Counted from the first letter of the stretch, positions 9,086 to 19,433 are shown. The stretch is DNA of 32,000 nt from Bryobacterales bacterium (GCA_963803725.1 CAWDOH010000017.1:214722-246721); one strand, 5' to 3'. Numbers and translations are program-made. The notes: generated by a model from the letters alone, not told the origin.

Positions 9086-10582
9086 ATGAGGGATACACGA
9101 AGCCTCGCTATTTCCAGGCTGGCTGTCGCCGGTCTATCCATGTTGCTGCTGGTCGCGGCCGCCCCGGCCGCATTCGGCCAGACACTCACCACCGGCGACG
9201 TAGCAGGTGTTGTAAGAGACACCACCGCCGCCATCGTGCCCGCTGCCACCGTGACGCTCAAGAGCACCGAGACCAACGAGGTCCGAACCGTCGTCACCAA
9301 CTCCGCCGGCGAGTACCGTTTTTCGTTGCTGAAGCCCGGCGATTACGAACTTTCGGCGCAATCCCCTGGCCTTAAATCCAAGATCGCCAAATTCACTGCG
9401 CTGGTCGGCCAGATTTCCGAAATGAACATCACCCTCGACGTCACGGGAACTCAGGAAGTGGTCACCGTCGAGGCACAGTCGGCCCTGCTACAAACTGAAA
9501 ATGCCAACCTGGAAACCGGCTACACCACCACCCAGGTGGCGGACCTGCCCATGCCGGGCGGCGATTTGACCACCCTCGCGATGACCGTCCCCGGCGTGCG
9601 CGTCTCGGTGGTGGGCGGCAGCGGCAACATGAACGCCAACGGCATTCCCGGCTCCTCCGTTTTGTTTACTCTCAACGGCAGCGATGAAATGGACCCGTAT
9701 AACAACCTCAACAACTCCGGCGCCAGCAACAACCTGCTGGGCGCCAACGAGGTTGCCGAAGCGGCCGTGGTCTTGAATGCATATAGCGCGCAATACGGGC
9801 GCATGGCCGGCGGTCAGGTCAATCTGGTGGGCAAATCCGGCACTAACAGTTTCCACGGCAACGCCTTCTATAACTACAACGGCGAGTTTCTGAACGCCAA
9901 CGACTTCTTCAACAACCTCGAAGGCGTGCATCGCGGACGTTCGGTTTCGCAGCAGTTTGGCGCCTCTTTCGGCGGCCCGGTCATCAAGAACAAGCTCTTC
10001 TTCTTTGCGGACTACGAGGCTCTGCGCTACGTGCTTCCGGCGGCCGGCGTCATCTCGGTCCCTTCGCCGGCCCTCCAAAGTTACACCCTGGCCCACGTGC
10101 CGTCTGCCTCGATCCCTCTGTACCAGGATTATTTCTCGCTGATTAATGCCGCCCCCGGCATCAGCCGCGCGATTCCCGTGACCAATGGCTCCGGCCCCTT
10201 GCAGGATGGCAACGGCCATCTCGGCTGCGGCACCGGCACCTTCACAGGCACCCCCACGGGAACCGGCGGAACCTTCGGCGTCAACACCTCCTGCGCCCTG
10301 GCCTTCGGCATCAACGACACCGAACTCAATACCGAAGGGCTCGTGACCAGCCGCGTAGACTACAACATCAACGATAAGCAGAAGCTCTTCTTCCGCTACA
10401 ACTACGACTTCGGATTGCAGGCCACTGGCACCAGCCCCATCTCTCCGACCTTCAACTCGGTGAGCAACCAGCCGCAGGACACCGGCTCCGTCAATTGGAC
10501 CTACGTCATCACGCCCACCCTGGTGAATAACTTCGTGGGGTCGGCGTTCTGGTACAGCGCCATTTTCGGCGTGGCCAATTTC
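9086..10582 (+). pseudogene. TonB-dependent receptor paralog 2, 5' portion (interrupted by an IS element)
   Basis: AGGAGG at 9074-9079 precedes ATG 9086. The gene has a signal peptide (…LLLVAAAPAAFGQ) and a CarboxypepD_reg-like domain, and is collinear with receptor 1 up to …AIFGVANF, where the IS sequence begins. Confidence 0.85.
10575..10582. repeat. 8-bp target-site duplication CCAATTTC (left copy)
   Basis: It is identical to 12214-12221 and immediately flanks the IS terminal inverted repeats. Confidence 0.8.
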
Positions 10583-12213
10583 GAGAATGTTTACCACGCG
10601 GTGAGGCACACGTTGGCGTAGGCGTGGACGGTCGCGTTCGATTGATTTTGAAGTTTTGCGGTTGCGACGGGGCCGAAGCGAGTGGAGGGAGCCGAATGGT
10701 TGTTAGGGCAAGTCAGGGTGATGGCCCGGCGGGAACGATCTCCAGCAAGATCGGACAAGCGGAACGTAATAACTTCACCAACTGACCAAAAGCATCTTTT
10801 CCCTGCTGCCAGCAAGTACGCAAAACGCTGGCCAGAATCTGCTGTGTGCGGGCCCCGTTCTCCGTCCGATTACCACCCCAGGTCTTGCGTGCCATCGCCA
10901 TCAGCCGGATCGCCCGCTCGGCGAAGTTGTTGGTGGCATGCAAGCCAGGACAGCGCAGAAAGGTGAACAAGTGCGGCTGCTCGTGGCATAGGTGTTTGGC
11001 CAACCGTTGGTTGTCTGGGCAAGAAAAGTGCTGATCCAATAAGCGGTCCATCCGGGCTTCCAGCCGCCCGGTGGCCACCGCTAAACCATGGCGAGAAACC
11101 GCGCCCCCTTGGTAGCGATCCCGCAACCGGAGACTCTCCTGCAGCAGCGTTTTGACTGCCATCGGGAATTGGGCGGCCGCTACGGAAGCCACCTGGATCA
11201 TCTCGCGACACCGCCGGATCAGGTGTTCCAGGCAACTCTGATGAAACGCCTGCTCAAAACCATAGAAACAACGCGCTCCGTCATGCACCAGGAAACCGGC
11301 GTAGTCCTCTCCCAGAATCGCCGCCGCTTCCGCATATCCGCGATGCGGTTCAATCACGTAAACGGTGACCTGCTGGCTCAACAAAACCCGCAGATTCTGG
11401 GGACGTGCGCCCACTCTCCAGCCCGTGTCGTCCAGCCACACCACCGGGCTTTGCCGCAGCGCGCTTCGCAGTTGCTGGTAAGTAGGCGCCGCCAGATTCC
11501 CCAATCGCTCCAAAGCCCGGCAGACCCCGCTCCGGCTCCACTTCAACCCATAGCCCAGTTCCAGCACCCGCGCCGTCCGCTCGTGCGACAACCCCAATTC
11601 TTTGTTGAGCACTGCCGCCATCGACAAGGCCTCTGGTCCGACTTGCACTTCCCCAACGCGGAGCGAATCGGAGGTCTGCAACGGATGCCGGCCTTGCGCT
11701 TGCCGTCCGCAGCAGGCACAAGTCCCCACCTCCACATCAAAGCGGCGGACGATGGTCATCCGCACGATGTCTTCTTGGTACTGAGGTTGGGTGTTCTTCA
11801 GGATGATCGGACCTTGACAGTGCTGGCAGCGCGGCGGAAGTGGCACGTGGATTTGCTCATCCACCCGTTTGGGGACGGGTCGCGTAGCTCGCGCTCCGTA
11901 TGCCGCCCCAGGCTTACGTCCTGGCGGCTTGGGGTTACTCTTGGGTTCCCCCTTGGAAAACGGCGCGGCACTTCGTTTGTTGGCACGGAGCGCTTCTTCC
12001 AGTTCCTTTCGCAGGCGCTCGTTCTCCGCCAGCGCGCACTTCAACTGCGTCTCCAGAGACTCGACTCTCCGTTCGAGATCCTTCTCGCGATCTGAGGAGC
12101 CACCGCGGTTGGGCGCTTGCATCCATTTGAAGATGACATAAGCTAAACGATTTGTCCAGCCCCTTACTTCGACATCCCTGTCTTTATTGAGTCACGGGCT
12201 GGTAAACATTGTC
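10583..12213 (-). mobile_element. IS66-family insertion sequence, single-ORF type (1631 bp)
   Basis: Imperfect 25-bp terminal inverted repeats are present: 10583-10607 GAGAATGTTTACCACGCGGTGAGGC against the reverse complement of 12189-12213, GACAATGTTTACCAGCCCGTGACTC (19/25 match). The element is flanked by an 8-bp direct repeat, which is the typical IS66 duplication length. It contains one transposase ORF. Confidence 0.8.
10713..12122 (-). CDS. IS66-family transposase (469 aa)
   Basis: It has an N-terminal coiled coil (LERRVESLETQLKCALAENERLRKELEE), a Cys-rich zinc-finger region (PPRCQHCQGP…GTCACCGR), and DDE-region motifs VVWLDDTGW, FLVHDGARCF, HQSCLEHLIRRC and ATNNFAERAIR. Confidence 0.8.
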   Translation of the reverse strand: MQAPNRGGSSDREKDLERRVESLETQLKCALAENERLRKELEEALRANKRSAAPFSKGEPKSNPKPPGRKPGAAYGARATRPVPKRVDEQIHVPLPPRCQHCQGPIILKNTQPQYQEDIVRMTIVRRFDVEVGTCACCGRQAQGRHPLQTSDSLRVGEVQVGPEALSMAAVLNKELGLSHERTARVLELGYGLKWSRSGVCRALERLGNLAAPTYQQLRSALRQSPVVWLDDTGWRVGARPQNLRVLLSQQVTVYVIEPHRGYAEAAAILGEDYAGFLVHDGARCFYGFEQAFHQSCLEHLIRRCREMIQVASVAAAQFPMAVKTLLQESLRLRDRYQGGAVSRHGLAVATGRLEARMDRLLDQHFSCPDNQRLAKHLCHEQPHLFTFLRCPGLHATNNFAERAIRLMAMARKTWGGNRTENGARTQQILASVLRTCWQQGKDAFGQLVKLLRSACPILLEIVPAGPSP

Positions 12214-14132
12214 CCAATTTCAGCAAAACCACGGCTCTGATGCCGGAAGAAATCGCCGTCGCCGATGGCGGCGCCAACGGCGGCGGATTCGCCACGGTCG
12301 GCGCCTCGTTTCCGGACGGCCGCAATGTCGGCCACGGCCAGGCCATCGACGACCTCTCCTGGACCAAGGGGACGCACACCTTCAAAGCCGGCGCCAGTAT
12401 CCGCTACGACAAAGTCACCTATACCAATATCGCCGGCGGCGCCTTCGTCGGGGCATACACGCTTGACGACCTCGCCGATTTTGCCAACGGCACCTTGAAC
12501 TTCAGCGGAACGGGCTTGGGCAGCAGCTTCGTCCAATCTTTCCCCAAGTGGACCGCGGTCCACTTCCGCCTTCCTTCCGAAGACTTCTACGTGCAGGATG
12601 AATGGGCCGCCACCAGGAGTCTGAAGCTGACCCTCGGCATGCGCTTCGAGATGGACCCCAACCCGAGCTGCACCGATCATTGCTTCGCCACCCTCAGTAC
12701 GCCCTTCAATTCGCCCAGTTATCAGGGCGGCGCCAACATCCCTTATAACCAGACCATCGACACCGGCCTGAACAAGGCGTTCTATAACATCCAGACGGTC
12801 GTTCCGGAACCCCGCATCGGCATCGCGTGGTCGCCGTTCGGCAATAGCAAGACCGTTGTCCGCGGCGGCTTCGGCATCTTCTCCACCGTCTATGCGGCCA
12901 GCCTCGCGGGCACCTTCGCCGCCCAGTCGCCCAACGTGTTCAAGCCCTCGGTCACCTTCGGTACGGTCGGCCTCTCCACCGATGCGAACAGTGCGGTCTA
13001 CTCCGCCATTGCTTCCAACGCAGGCTTCCAGTCGGGCTTTACGGCCGGCGACACCCTCGCCCAGATCAAGGCCGCCCTGGGCAAAATCGCCTTCTCCCTG
13101 CCCAGCTTCAATTCCGCCCCCGAGAACTACTCCGCTCCCAAAGACTACGAGTGGAACATCGAAATCGAGCGCCAGATCACTCCGCACAACGTCCTGGCCC
13201 TGACCTATGTAGGCAACCACGGCTACGACATCCAGGAATCCTACAACCTGGATGCCTACACCGGAGCCAGCGGCGTCAGCCGTTACGGCGGCGGCTATGG
13301 CGGCCTTCCCACGGTCGCTCCCGATCCCCGCTTCCTTAGCGTTGCGCAGTACGAGAACAACGGCATTTCCAACTACGAGGCCGGCACCATCCAGTTCAAG
13401 CACAGTTTCGCCGGCGGACTCACCGGCCAGATCCACTACACCTGGAGCCATGCCCTTGGAACCGTCGGCTGGTACAACCCCTATAGCATCGCCACCGGCT
13501 ATGGCGACCTGAACTTCGACAACCGCAGCCAGATGTCCGCCGACTTCGTCTGGAACCAGCCCCACCGGTTCCAGAGCAGGCCCCTGAATTCGCTCCTGGG
13601 CGGCTGGATGTTGAGTAGCAAACTGTACGTGTACAGCGGCCCGCCCTTCAGCGTGACCGATAGCAAAATCCCCTCCCAGATCAACTCGGCGGGCGGCATC
13701 GGCACCATCCTGTCGGACCTGGTGACCCCCAGCGCCGCCTTCATCGGTTGCGGTGCCGCCGCCATCAGCACGCCGTGCATGCCCAAGACTGACTTCTCCA
13801 CCTATTCCAGCACCTCGGGAGTCGCCGCCCCCATCCAGACCGACTGGGGCAACATCGCCCCCGACAGCTTCCGCGGTCCCGGCTACTTCGATATCGACAC
13901 CCAGCTCGCGCGTACCTTCAAAATCAAAGAGCGGGCTTCCCTGCTCATCGGTTTGAACGCCTACAATCTCCTCAACCATCCCAACTTCAAGACCCCTTCG
14001 GGCAGCATTTCTTCGGGATCGTTCGGCGAGATCACCACCGACGTGGCCCCTCCGACCAGCGCCTACGGCTCCTTCCAGGGCGCCGCGGTTTCCGGGCGCG
14101 TCGTCGTGCTGACCGGCAAATTCGTCTTCTAG
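12214..14132 (+). pseudogene. TonB-dependent receptor paralog 2, 3' portion
   Basis: Deleting the IS and one duplication copy joins GCC AAT TTC | AGC AAA ACC in frame (…GVANFSKTTALMPEE…), matching receptor 1 (…GVANFAATSALMPER…). The protein ends …VLTGKFVF. Confidence 0.85.
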
Positions 14133-14167
14133 CGAAGCCGTGGAATAAATCCAACTCGCCCAGGCTG

Positions 14168-14204
14168 GGGTAGTGGCGCAAGGTTGTGTTTAGCGCCACT
14201 ACCC
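14168..14204 (+). terminator. hairpin downstream of receptor 2 (candidate terminator, no U-tract)
   Basis: GGGTAGTGGCGC (14168-14179) pairs with GCGCCACTACCC (14193-14204) around a 13-nt loop, about 35 nt after the stop at 14132. Confidence 0.35.
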
Positions 14205-14582
14205 AGGCTGGCGCCTACGCCACAACGTGGGGCATGCTTCAGCTTGCCCCGGTCATGCTTTTAGCCCTGCTTCGATCTCTCCACGGCCTTTTTACGCGCG
14301 AGGCCCCGAAACCAACGCCCGGAGCCGCGACCGGAGGGAGCGGTTCCAAAAGCCTTCCCCCGCCCTCAACCTCTCCAGCCTATATCCAGAGGCGAATGGC
14401 GATGCTCCGGATGCCCAGTGCCCCGCCGCTTTTTCGCGGTGGGGCAGGCTTTTCACTTTCCCGGAACCTTTTTCTCGGGATCTGCCGCGATCTTGCCTCC
14501 CGGCCGCTCTTCCACGCACCCCTTCGCCCGCCCCGTGCATCCATAGGATCGGTAGAGATAAGTGCTTTGAAATGCGCTATCC

Positions 14583-14591
14583 TGTTATAAT
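14583..14591 (+). promoter_or_regulatory. extended -10 promoter TGTTATAAT upstream of ispH
   Basis: This is a perfect TGnTATAAT. Its 3' end is 17 nt before the ispH ATG (14609), which implies a very short leader with no evident SD. Confidence 0.4.
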
Positions 14592-14608
14592 TTAAACAAC
14601 TCACCACT

Positions 14609-15580
14609 ATGCCTCTTAAGCCTTTCGCACCAGGATGCGGCGCGGAGAAAAAGATCTTTTTGCTTAAACCGCGCGGTTTTTGCGCCGGGGTGGTTCGCGC
14701 GATCGATGTGGTCAAGATCGCGCTCGATCTCTACGGCCCGCCGGTCTACGTGCGCAAGGAAATCGTCCACAACAAGCATGTGGTGGATGAGTTACGCGAA
14801 GCCGGAGCCGTCTTCGTCGAGGAGCTGGATGAGGTCCCCGCCGGTGCCCGCGCCATCTTCAGCGCCCACGGCGTGGCCCCCTCGGTGCGCCGCGAGGCCC
14901 GCGAGCGCCGCCTGGACGTGATCGACGCCACCTGCCCCCTGGTCACCAAAGTGCATCTGGAAGCCGTGCGTTTCGCGCGCGACGGGTTCAGTATCGTACT
15001 CATCGGCCACAAGGACCACGACGAGGTCATCGGCACCCTCGGCGAAGTACCCGAGCGCAGTTACCTGGTGGAAACCGTCGAGGATGTGGATCGCCTGGAT
15101 TTGCCCGATCCCACGCGCGTCCGCTATCTCACCCAAACCACCTTGAGCCTCGACGAAACCCGCGAGATCGTCAACCGCCTCAAGCAGCGCTTCCCGCTCG
15201 TCCAGGGACCTCCCGCCCAGGATATCTGCTATGCCACCGAGAACCGCCAGATGGCCGTCAAGGCGGTCTCCGAGTTTTGCGACCTGTTGCTGGTAGTAGG
15301 ATCGCAGAACAGTTCCAACTCCAAGCGGCTCGTCGAGGTGGGTGACAATTTCGGAGTCCGTTCGTACCTGGTGAACGACCGTACCGATATCGACACCCTG
15401 TGGCTGGAAGGCGTGCGCAATGTGGCCGTCACCGCAGGCGCTTCGGCGCCGGAACACCTGGTCCAGGAATTGATCGAGTTCCTCAGGGAACGGGGCTTTC
15501 ATAACATGGAGGAACTGGAGTTGGTGGAGGAGGACGTGCGGTTTTCCCTGCCGGGCGAACTCATGATTTCGATCCAATGA
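14609..15580 (+). CDS. ispH: 4-hydroxy-3-methylbut-2-enyl diphosphate reductase (IspH/LytB)
   Basis: The N-terminus …KPRGFCAGVVRAIDVV, together with ATCPLVTKVH and SSNSKRL, carries the three conserved Cys contexts of IspH. The length (323 aa) is typical. Confidence 0.9.
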   Translation: MPLKPFAPGCGAEKKIFLLKPRGFCAGVVRAIDVVKIALDLYGPPVYVRKEIVHNKHVVDELREAGAVFVEELDEVPAGARAIFSAHGVAPSVRREARERRLDVIDATCPLVTKVHLEAVRFARDGFSIVLIGHKDHDEVIGTLGEVPERSYLVETVEDVDRLDLPDPTRVRYLTQTTLSLDETREIVNRLKQRFPLVQGPPAQDICYATENRQMAVKAVSEFCDLLLVVGSQNSSNSKRLVEVGDNFGVRSYLVNDRTDIDTLWLEGVRNVAVTAGASAPEHLVQELIEFLRERGFHNMEELELVEEDVRFSLPGELMISIQ

Positions 15581-17517
15581 GCGCGTCGGTACAAGTCGGA
15601 AGTACACTCGAAGCGGCGGCGCGGCACGCCGCCCGCAGGGCCTCGGCTTTCCTGGCCCAGATGCAGAAGCCTGATGGCCATTGGTGCGCGGAGCTTACCG
15701 CCGACACCACCCTCGAGTCCGACTACATCCTGTTTCAACTGTGGCTTTACCCGCCCGAAAAAGGCCGCTGGAATCCCCAGACGCGCCGCCTCATCGATAA
15801 AGCTGCGCGGTCCATCCTCGACCGCCAGTTGCCCGATGGCGGTTTCAACATCTACGTCGGCGGGCCGTCCGAAGTCAGCGCCTCGGTGAAGGCGTATTTC
15901 TCGTTGAAACTCGCGGGCCTGGATGTGGACGATCCGCGCATGGCGCGCCTGCGGCGGCGCATTCTGGAGTTGGGCGGCATTCAGGCGGCCAATAGCTACG
16001 TAAAAGTCAACCTGAGCCTCTTCGATCTCTACCCGCGGCAGTATTGTCCCAGCATTCCGCCCGAAGTGGTGCTGCTGCCGTTCCATTTTCTGTACCAGAT
16101 GTCTTCGTGGACCCGCGCCATCGTAGTCTCGCTGTCCATTGTCCACTCCTCCAATCCGCGGCGTTCCGCGCCCGCCGGCTTCACCCTGGATGAGATTTGG
16201 CTGCCGGGCGCCAGCCCCGAATTCCAGCGGGACCCCAACTGGGTCACCTGGCATAACCTCTTCTTAGCGGCCGACGGTTTTCTGAAATGGTGGGAGCGCC
16301 ACGGCAGCCAGTCCTTGCGCCGCAAGGCCATTGCCATTGCGCGCGAGTGGATGATCGAGCGCATGCGCCACTCCGATGGATTGGGCGCCATCTACCCGCC
16401 CATGATGTATTCGGTCATGGCGCTCGATTGCCTGGGCTACGCCAAAGACGACCCGCTCCGCCTGGAAGCCCTCCGCCAGTTCAACAAGCTGATGGTGGAC
16501 GATGGCAAACGCTTCTTCATCATGCCCTGCTTTTCGCCGGTGTGGGACACCGCCATCGGCGCCTTTGCTCTCGGCCAGGCCGACCCCGAGCACCCAGCCC
16601 TGCGGGGGGCAGCCGATTGGCTGCTGGCCCGCGAAGTGCGGCGCAAAGCCGATTGGTCGGTGAAGCGGCCGCATACCGAACCCTCCGGCTGGGCCTTCTT
16701 CTATCAGAACGAGCACTATCCCGATGTGGACGATTCGGCCATGGTCATGCTCGCGCTGGCCGATTCGGCCGGATCGAATCCCGCAGCCCAGTTGGCCTGT
16801 CACAAACGCGGTGTGGACTGGCTGCTGGCCATGCAATCCGGCGATGGCGGCTGGGCGGCCTTCGACGCCGATAACAACTGGGAGTTTCTCAACGGCGTGC
16901 CCTTCGCCGATCACAATGCCATGCTCGACCCCACCTGCGCGGATATCACCGGCCGCGTGCTGGAGGCGCTCGCGGCGCACGGCGTGGAACGCAGCCATCC
17001 GGGGATGCGACGCGGCGTGGACTGGCTGGTGCGCCACCAGGAGGCCGACGGAAGCTGGTACGGCCGCTGGGGCGTGGCGTACATTTACGGCACCTGTTTT
17101 GCACTGCGCGGCCTGGCCGCCTCCGGCGAAAGCGATCGCGAGGCCCACGTGCTCCGCGCCGGCGAGTGGCTGCGCTCCATCCAGAATGCCGATGGCGGCT
17201 GGGGCGAAAGCTGCGCCAGCTACGAGAACCGCGTCTTCACCCCCGCTCCCAGCACCCCTTCGCAAACCGCCTGGGCTCTCATGGGACTGATCGCCGGCGG
17301 AGATGCCGCCAGCCTCAGCGTGCAGCACGGCATCGAATATTTATTGGAAACGCAGCGCGAAGACGGAAGCTGGGCCGAAACCCTCGCCACCGGCACCGGG
17401 TTCCCGCGCGTGTTCTACCTGAACTATCATCTCTATAAAGACTATTTCCCCTTGCTGGCGCTGGCTGCTTTCGTCAGGACCCGCTCAAGCTCGCATGGTT
17501 CCAATTCCCGTGGTTAA
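15577..17517 (+). CDS. shc: squalene-hopene cyclase
   Basis: The ATGA overlaps the ispH stop. The catalytic DxDD motif is present (YPDVDDSAMV). Multiple QW repeats are present (MQKPDGHWCAE, QSGDGGWAAF, HQEADGSWYGRWG, IQNADGGWGE, TQREDGSWAE). Length is 646 aa. Confidence 0.92.
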   Translation: MSASVQVGSTLEAAARHAARRASAFLAQMQKPDGHWCAELTADTTLESDYILFQLWLYPPEKGRWNPQTRRLIDKAARSILDRQLPDGGFNIYVGGPSEVSASVKAYFSLKLAGLDVDDPRMARLRRRILELGGIQAANSYVKVNLSLFDLYPRQYCPSIPPEVVLLPFHFLYQMSSWTRAIVVSLSIVHSSNPRRSAPAGFTLDEIWLPGASPEFQRDPNWVTWHNLFLAADGFLKWWERHGSQSLRRKAIAIAREWMIERMRHSDGLGAIYPPMMYSVMALDCLGYAKDDPLRLEALRQFNKLMVDDGKRFFIMPCFSPVWDTAIGAFALGQADPEHPALRGAADWLLAREVRRKADWSVKRPHTEPSGWAFFYQNEHYPDVDDSAMVMLALADSAGSNPAAQLACHKRGVDWLLAMQSGDGGWAAFDADNNWEFLNGVPFADHNAMLDPTCADITGRVLEALAAHGVERSHPGMRRGVDWLVRHQEADGSWYGRWGVAYIYGTCFALRGLAASGESDREAHVLRAGEWLRSIQNADGGWGESCASYENRVFTPAPSTPSQTAWALMGLIAGGDAASLSVQHGIEYLLETQREDGSWAETLATGTGFPRVFYLNYHLYKDYFPLLALAAFVRTRSSSHGSNSRG

Positions 17518-17535
17518 GGCTATGAAAGTTACGCT

Positions 17536-18642
17536 ATGAAATTTCCCATCTCGATGACCGCCGGCCTGGCCCGATACATTTTCAAAAACAAGATGCATCC
17601 GCGTCCGGAGTGGCAGAAGACCGCGGCGGTGGCCCCGGATGCCGCCAATCCGTTCCGCATCCTGGCCTCCAAGACCGGCGCCAAGAGCCAGCCGCATCCC
17701 ATGATCCACAAGCGCTTTCCGATCGTCCTGATGCTCGAGCCGCTGCACGCCTGCAACCTCACGTGTACCGGCTGCGGCCGCATTCGCGAGTACGAAAGCA
17801 CCATCACCGAGCGCGTCCCGCTGGAAGAGTGCCTCTCGGTAGTGGATGAGTGCGGCACGCCCATCGTCTCCATCTGCGGCGGCGAGCCCATGATGTACCC
17901 GCAGATCGGCGAGCTGGTGGCCGGCATCCTGGACCGCAACCGCCACATCCTGCTGTGCACCAACGGCATGTTCATCAAGAAGCGCCTCCACGAGTTCACC
18001 CCCGACCCGCGCTTTTACTTCAACGTCCACCTGGACGGCATGGAGAAGAATCACGACATCGCCGTGGAGCGCGAAGGCGTCTTCCGCGAAGCCATCGAAG
18101 GCATCCGCGTGGCTAAGGCGGCCGGCTTCAAAGTCTGCACCAACACCACGGTCTATAAAGAGACCGACATGCGCGAAATTGAGGAGCTGTTCGAGTATCT
18201 CAAGCAGTTCAACCTGGATGGCCACCAGATCGCGCCGGCCTATGGATATTCCGCCGTCAACGACCGCGAAATTTTCATGACCCGCGATGACGTGCACGAA
18301 AAATTCCGCGAGTTCGACCGCATTGCCAAAAAGTACAATGTCCGCCAGACCCCCGTGTACATGGAATTCCTGCGCGGCGAGCGCGAGCTGCCCTGCACCG
18401 CCTGGGGCAATCCCACTTACAACGTGAAGGGCTGGAAGGGTCCGTGTTACCTGATCACCGACGGCCATTACAAGACCTTCGAAGACCTGATGACCCAGAC
18501 CCCCTGGGAAAGCTATGGCCCCGGCAACGACCCGCGCTGCGAGCACTGCATGATGCACTGCGGCTTCGAACCCTCCGCCGCCCTCGGCATCAACGCCAAA
18601 TTCAGCGACAATTTCAAGCTCTTGAGCTGGATGCTGCGCTAA
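17536..18642 (+). CDS. hpnH: adenosyl-hopene transferase, radical SAM enzyme HpnH
   Basis: The radical-SAM motif LEPLHACNLTCTGCGRIREY (CxxxCxxC) and SICGGEP are present. The conserved C-terminus includes CTAWGNPTYNVKGWKGPCYLI and RCEHCMMHCGFEPSA. Confidence 0.88.
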   Translation: MKFPISMTAGLARYIFKNKMHPRPEWQKTAAVAPDAANPFRILASKTGAKSQPHPMIHKRFPIVLMLEPLHACNLTCTGCGRIREYESTITERVPLEECLSVVDECGTPIVSICGGEPMMYPQIGELVAGILDRNRHILLCTNGMFIKKRLHEFTPDPRFYFNVHLDGMEKNHDIAVEREGVFREAIEGIRVAKAAGFKVCTNTTVYKETDMREIEELFEYLKQFNLDGHQIAPAYGYSAVNDREIFMTRDDVHEKFREFDRIAKKYNVRQTPVYMEFLRGERELPCTAWGNPTYNVKGWKGPCYLITDGHYKTFEDLMTQTPWESYGPGNDPRCEHCMMHCGFEPSAALGINAKFSDNFKLLSWMLR

Positions 18643-18678
18643 CCGGCCCCCTTAGTCGGCCGTGCTACCTTGGTCATT

Positions 18679-18942
18679 ATGATCACCGTGCAAGAGGCTT
18701 CCGCGCGAGCCATGGAATATGCCCGCGAAGTGCTCGGCGACATGACTTACACCCTGGAGGAGTTTGAGTTGCGTTCGTACCAGGACAGGCCGTTCTGGTA
18801 CATCACCCTCGGCTTCCCGACGCGGCGTCCCCCTGCACCGGAACTACTCCAATTGATTGGCACTGCTTTGCCGCTGGAGTATAAAACCTTTCTGGTGGAT
18901 GCTGCCAGTGGGGAACCGATCGCCATGAAGTTGGCGAGCTGA
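18679..18942 (+). CDS. small hypothetical protein (87 aa), translationally coupled to the PIN gene; possible non-canonical antitoxin
   Basis: ATG lies at 18679, with an alternative TTG at 18670. The stop TGA shares one nucleotide with the next ATG (TGATG at 18940-18944). No RHH/AbrB/Phd-type DNA-binding motif was recognised. Confidence 0.45.
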   Translation: MITVQEASARAMEYAREVLGDMTYTLEEFELRSYQDRPFWYITLGFPTRRPPAPELLQLIGTALPLEYKTFLVDAASGEPIAMKLAS

Positions 18943-19433
18943 TGACCGATTATGAGCGGTTCGGCCGGGATGCCCGCTCCCGAGGTGTCCTGATCGACAC
19001 GAACCTGCTGGTGCTATTGATCGTCGGTTTAGTCAATCGCGATCGTATCCCGCAATTTAAGCGGACCAGCCACTTCAGCGCCAAGGATTGGAACGTGCTC
19101 GCTGCAATGCTAGACCATATCCCACGCAGGTACTGCGTGGCGCACATCCTCGCGGAAGTGAGCACCCTGACGGACATGCCAGGCCCGGAACGTTTCCTCG
19201 CAAGAGGAGTATTACACCGGACTATTTCCGGTTTAGAGGAAGTGCCCATCGCCAGCCTGGATGCCTGCAAGTCTCCCTATTACCGCCGTCTTGGCCTGAC
19301 CGATGCAGCCATCGTCCTCATCGCCCAACAGCGCGGCTGTTCGGTCGTCACCAACGATTCCGCCCTGTACCTGGCTCTCATGGAGGAGGGCGCTTCCGCC
19401 ATCAACTTCGATGACCTCCGAAATCTCCTCTGA
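18942..19433 (+). CDS. PIN-domain protein (putative ribonuclease toxin)
   Basis: Four acidic positions sit in PIN-typical contexts: VLIDTNLL, ILAEVSTL, GLTDAAIV and VVTNDSAL. Length is 163 aa. Confidence 0.6.
   Translation: MTDYERFGRDARSRGVLIDTNLLVLLIVGLVNRDRIPQFKRTSHFSAKDWNVLAAMLDHIPRRYCVAHILAEVSTLTDMPGPERFLARGVLHRTISGLEEVPIASLDACKSPYYRRLGLTDAAIVLIAQQRGCSVVTNDSALYLALMEEGASAINFDDLRNLL

Noticed and set aside
14186-14590. ORFs in the 14133-14608 intergenic region (14186..14590, 14227..14595, 14380..14715 -)
   Set aside because: They are low-complexity, mutually overlapping in several frames, lack ribosome-binding sites, and have no family resemblance. The region more likely holds terminator-like hairpins (14168-14204, 14421-14444) and the ispH promoter.
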